64,000 nt of DNA from Bacilli bacterium. Lineage in GTDB: Bacteria; Bacillota_I; Bacilli_A; RFN20; CAG-826. The DNA is taken from assembly GCA_016298185.1 (NCBI GenBank), contig JAEDDA010000002.1:6674-70673 (forward strand), read 5' to 3'. The notes beneath the pieces are model-generated. The model was not told where the DNA came from, searched no databases, and worked only from the letters and a program-made list of their open reading frames with translations. The position numbers were made by a program, and so were the translations under genes. Below, piece after piece: positions 63,590 through 64,000 of this stretch (position 1 is the stretch's first letter; the number at the start of each line of letters is the position of its first letter).

Positions 63590-64000
63590 ATGAAGAAATT
63601 ATTTTTTGTTTAGCTACAACAGCACTCATGACGATTGGCTGTTCAACTAAAGCTAATGCTTACAAAGTTACCGAAAAGAAATTCGAAGAAGAAATTACAA
63701 ATTATGGTTACGTTTTTAACAACAATGCTAAATTTGAAGGTAGCTTTGTTTTGTCTCTTGGTGAAGAAGCCATGATGTCAACCATAGTAATGGAATTTGA
63801 TAGCCAAGGAGAACATCAAAGATTTAGAGTCCACCAAGAAATTGAAGGCGAAGGTGAAATGGATTCTGTTTGCGACCTCCACAAATTAGAAAGCGGAGAT
63901 TACAACATTGATTGGTATAGGAAAGGCTATGGCGACACAAAGTATGAATTAGTCACGATAGAAAACCTTCCATATGATACAATGAAAAGTTATATGAACG
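63590..64000 (+). pseudogene. lipoprotein gene interrupted by a -1 frameshift at a T6 tract (phase-variable, pseudogene, or sequencing error); 3' end outside window
   Basis: AAGGAAG SD, ATG 63590, MKKLFFV, then TAG 63611. The frame starting at 63607 stays open to 64000 (CLATTALMTIGCSTKANAYKV...). One extra T in 63602-63607 restores MKKLFFCLATTALMTIGC with a lipobox. Confidence 0.6.

Overview
AT-rich, densely coding bacterial chromosomal segment, almost entirely on the + strand and read with the standard code (TGA is a stop, e.g. 17763-17765 and 44426-44428; Trp is TGG). The gene content suggests a wall-less Mollicute of the Acholeplasma type (inference only): many lipobox lipoproteins, a division cluster reduced to mraZ-rsmH-ftsA-ftsZ with no mur/pbp genes, an N-domain-less ClpB behind a perfect CIRCE, and RNase HIII. 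Layout: (i) 0.2-26 kb is a large alpha-glucan/galactan utilisation super-locus. It holds malQ, two surface pullulanases, and a maltodextrin-type ABC importer whose binding lipoprotein carries an extra C-terminal CBM-like module. It continues with an unassigned 601-aa protein plus a zinc-ribbon ORF, one cytoplasmic and one surface GH53 galactanase, a surface GH13 amylase, and glgB-glgP. (ii) 26-46 kb holds housekeeping genes (pheST, yceD, mraZ-rsmH-ftsAZ, ileS-lspA-rluD, rnhC, mutS2-uvrC). (iii) 46.2-54 kb looks like a decayed accessory region: tRNA-Arg(UCU) followed by a degenerate copy of its 3' end, gene debris, an ABC-2 transporter, a serine-recombinase C-terminal remnant and small membrane/XRE genes. 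(iv) 54-64 kb holds degV, a His-rich COG0523 metallochaperone divergent from CIRCE-clpB, and an EIIC-like permease. It also holds a 22-codon hydrophobic ORF enclosed by a 15-bp inverted repeat (type I toxin-like), a HAD-MFS-glpQ module, and a lipoprotein gene interrupted at a T6 tract. No rRNA, CRISPR array or intact mobile element was seen. Several ORF-track starts were moved downstream where an SD-ATG, promoter or terminator shows the long N-terminal extension is spurious.
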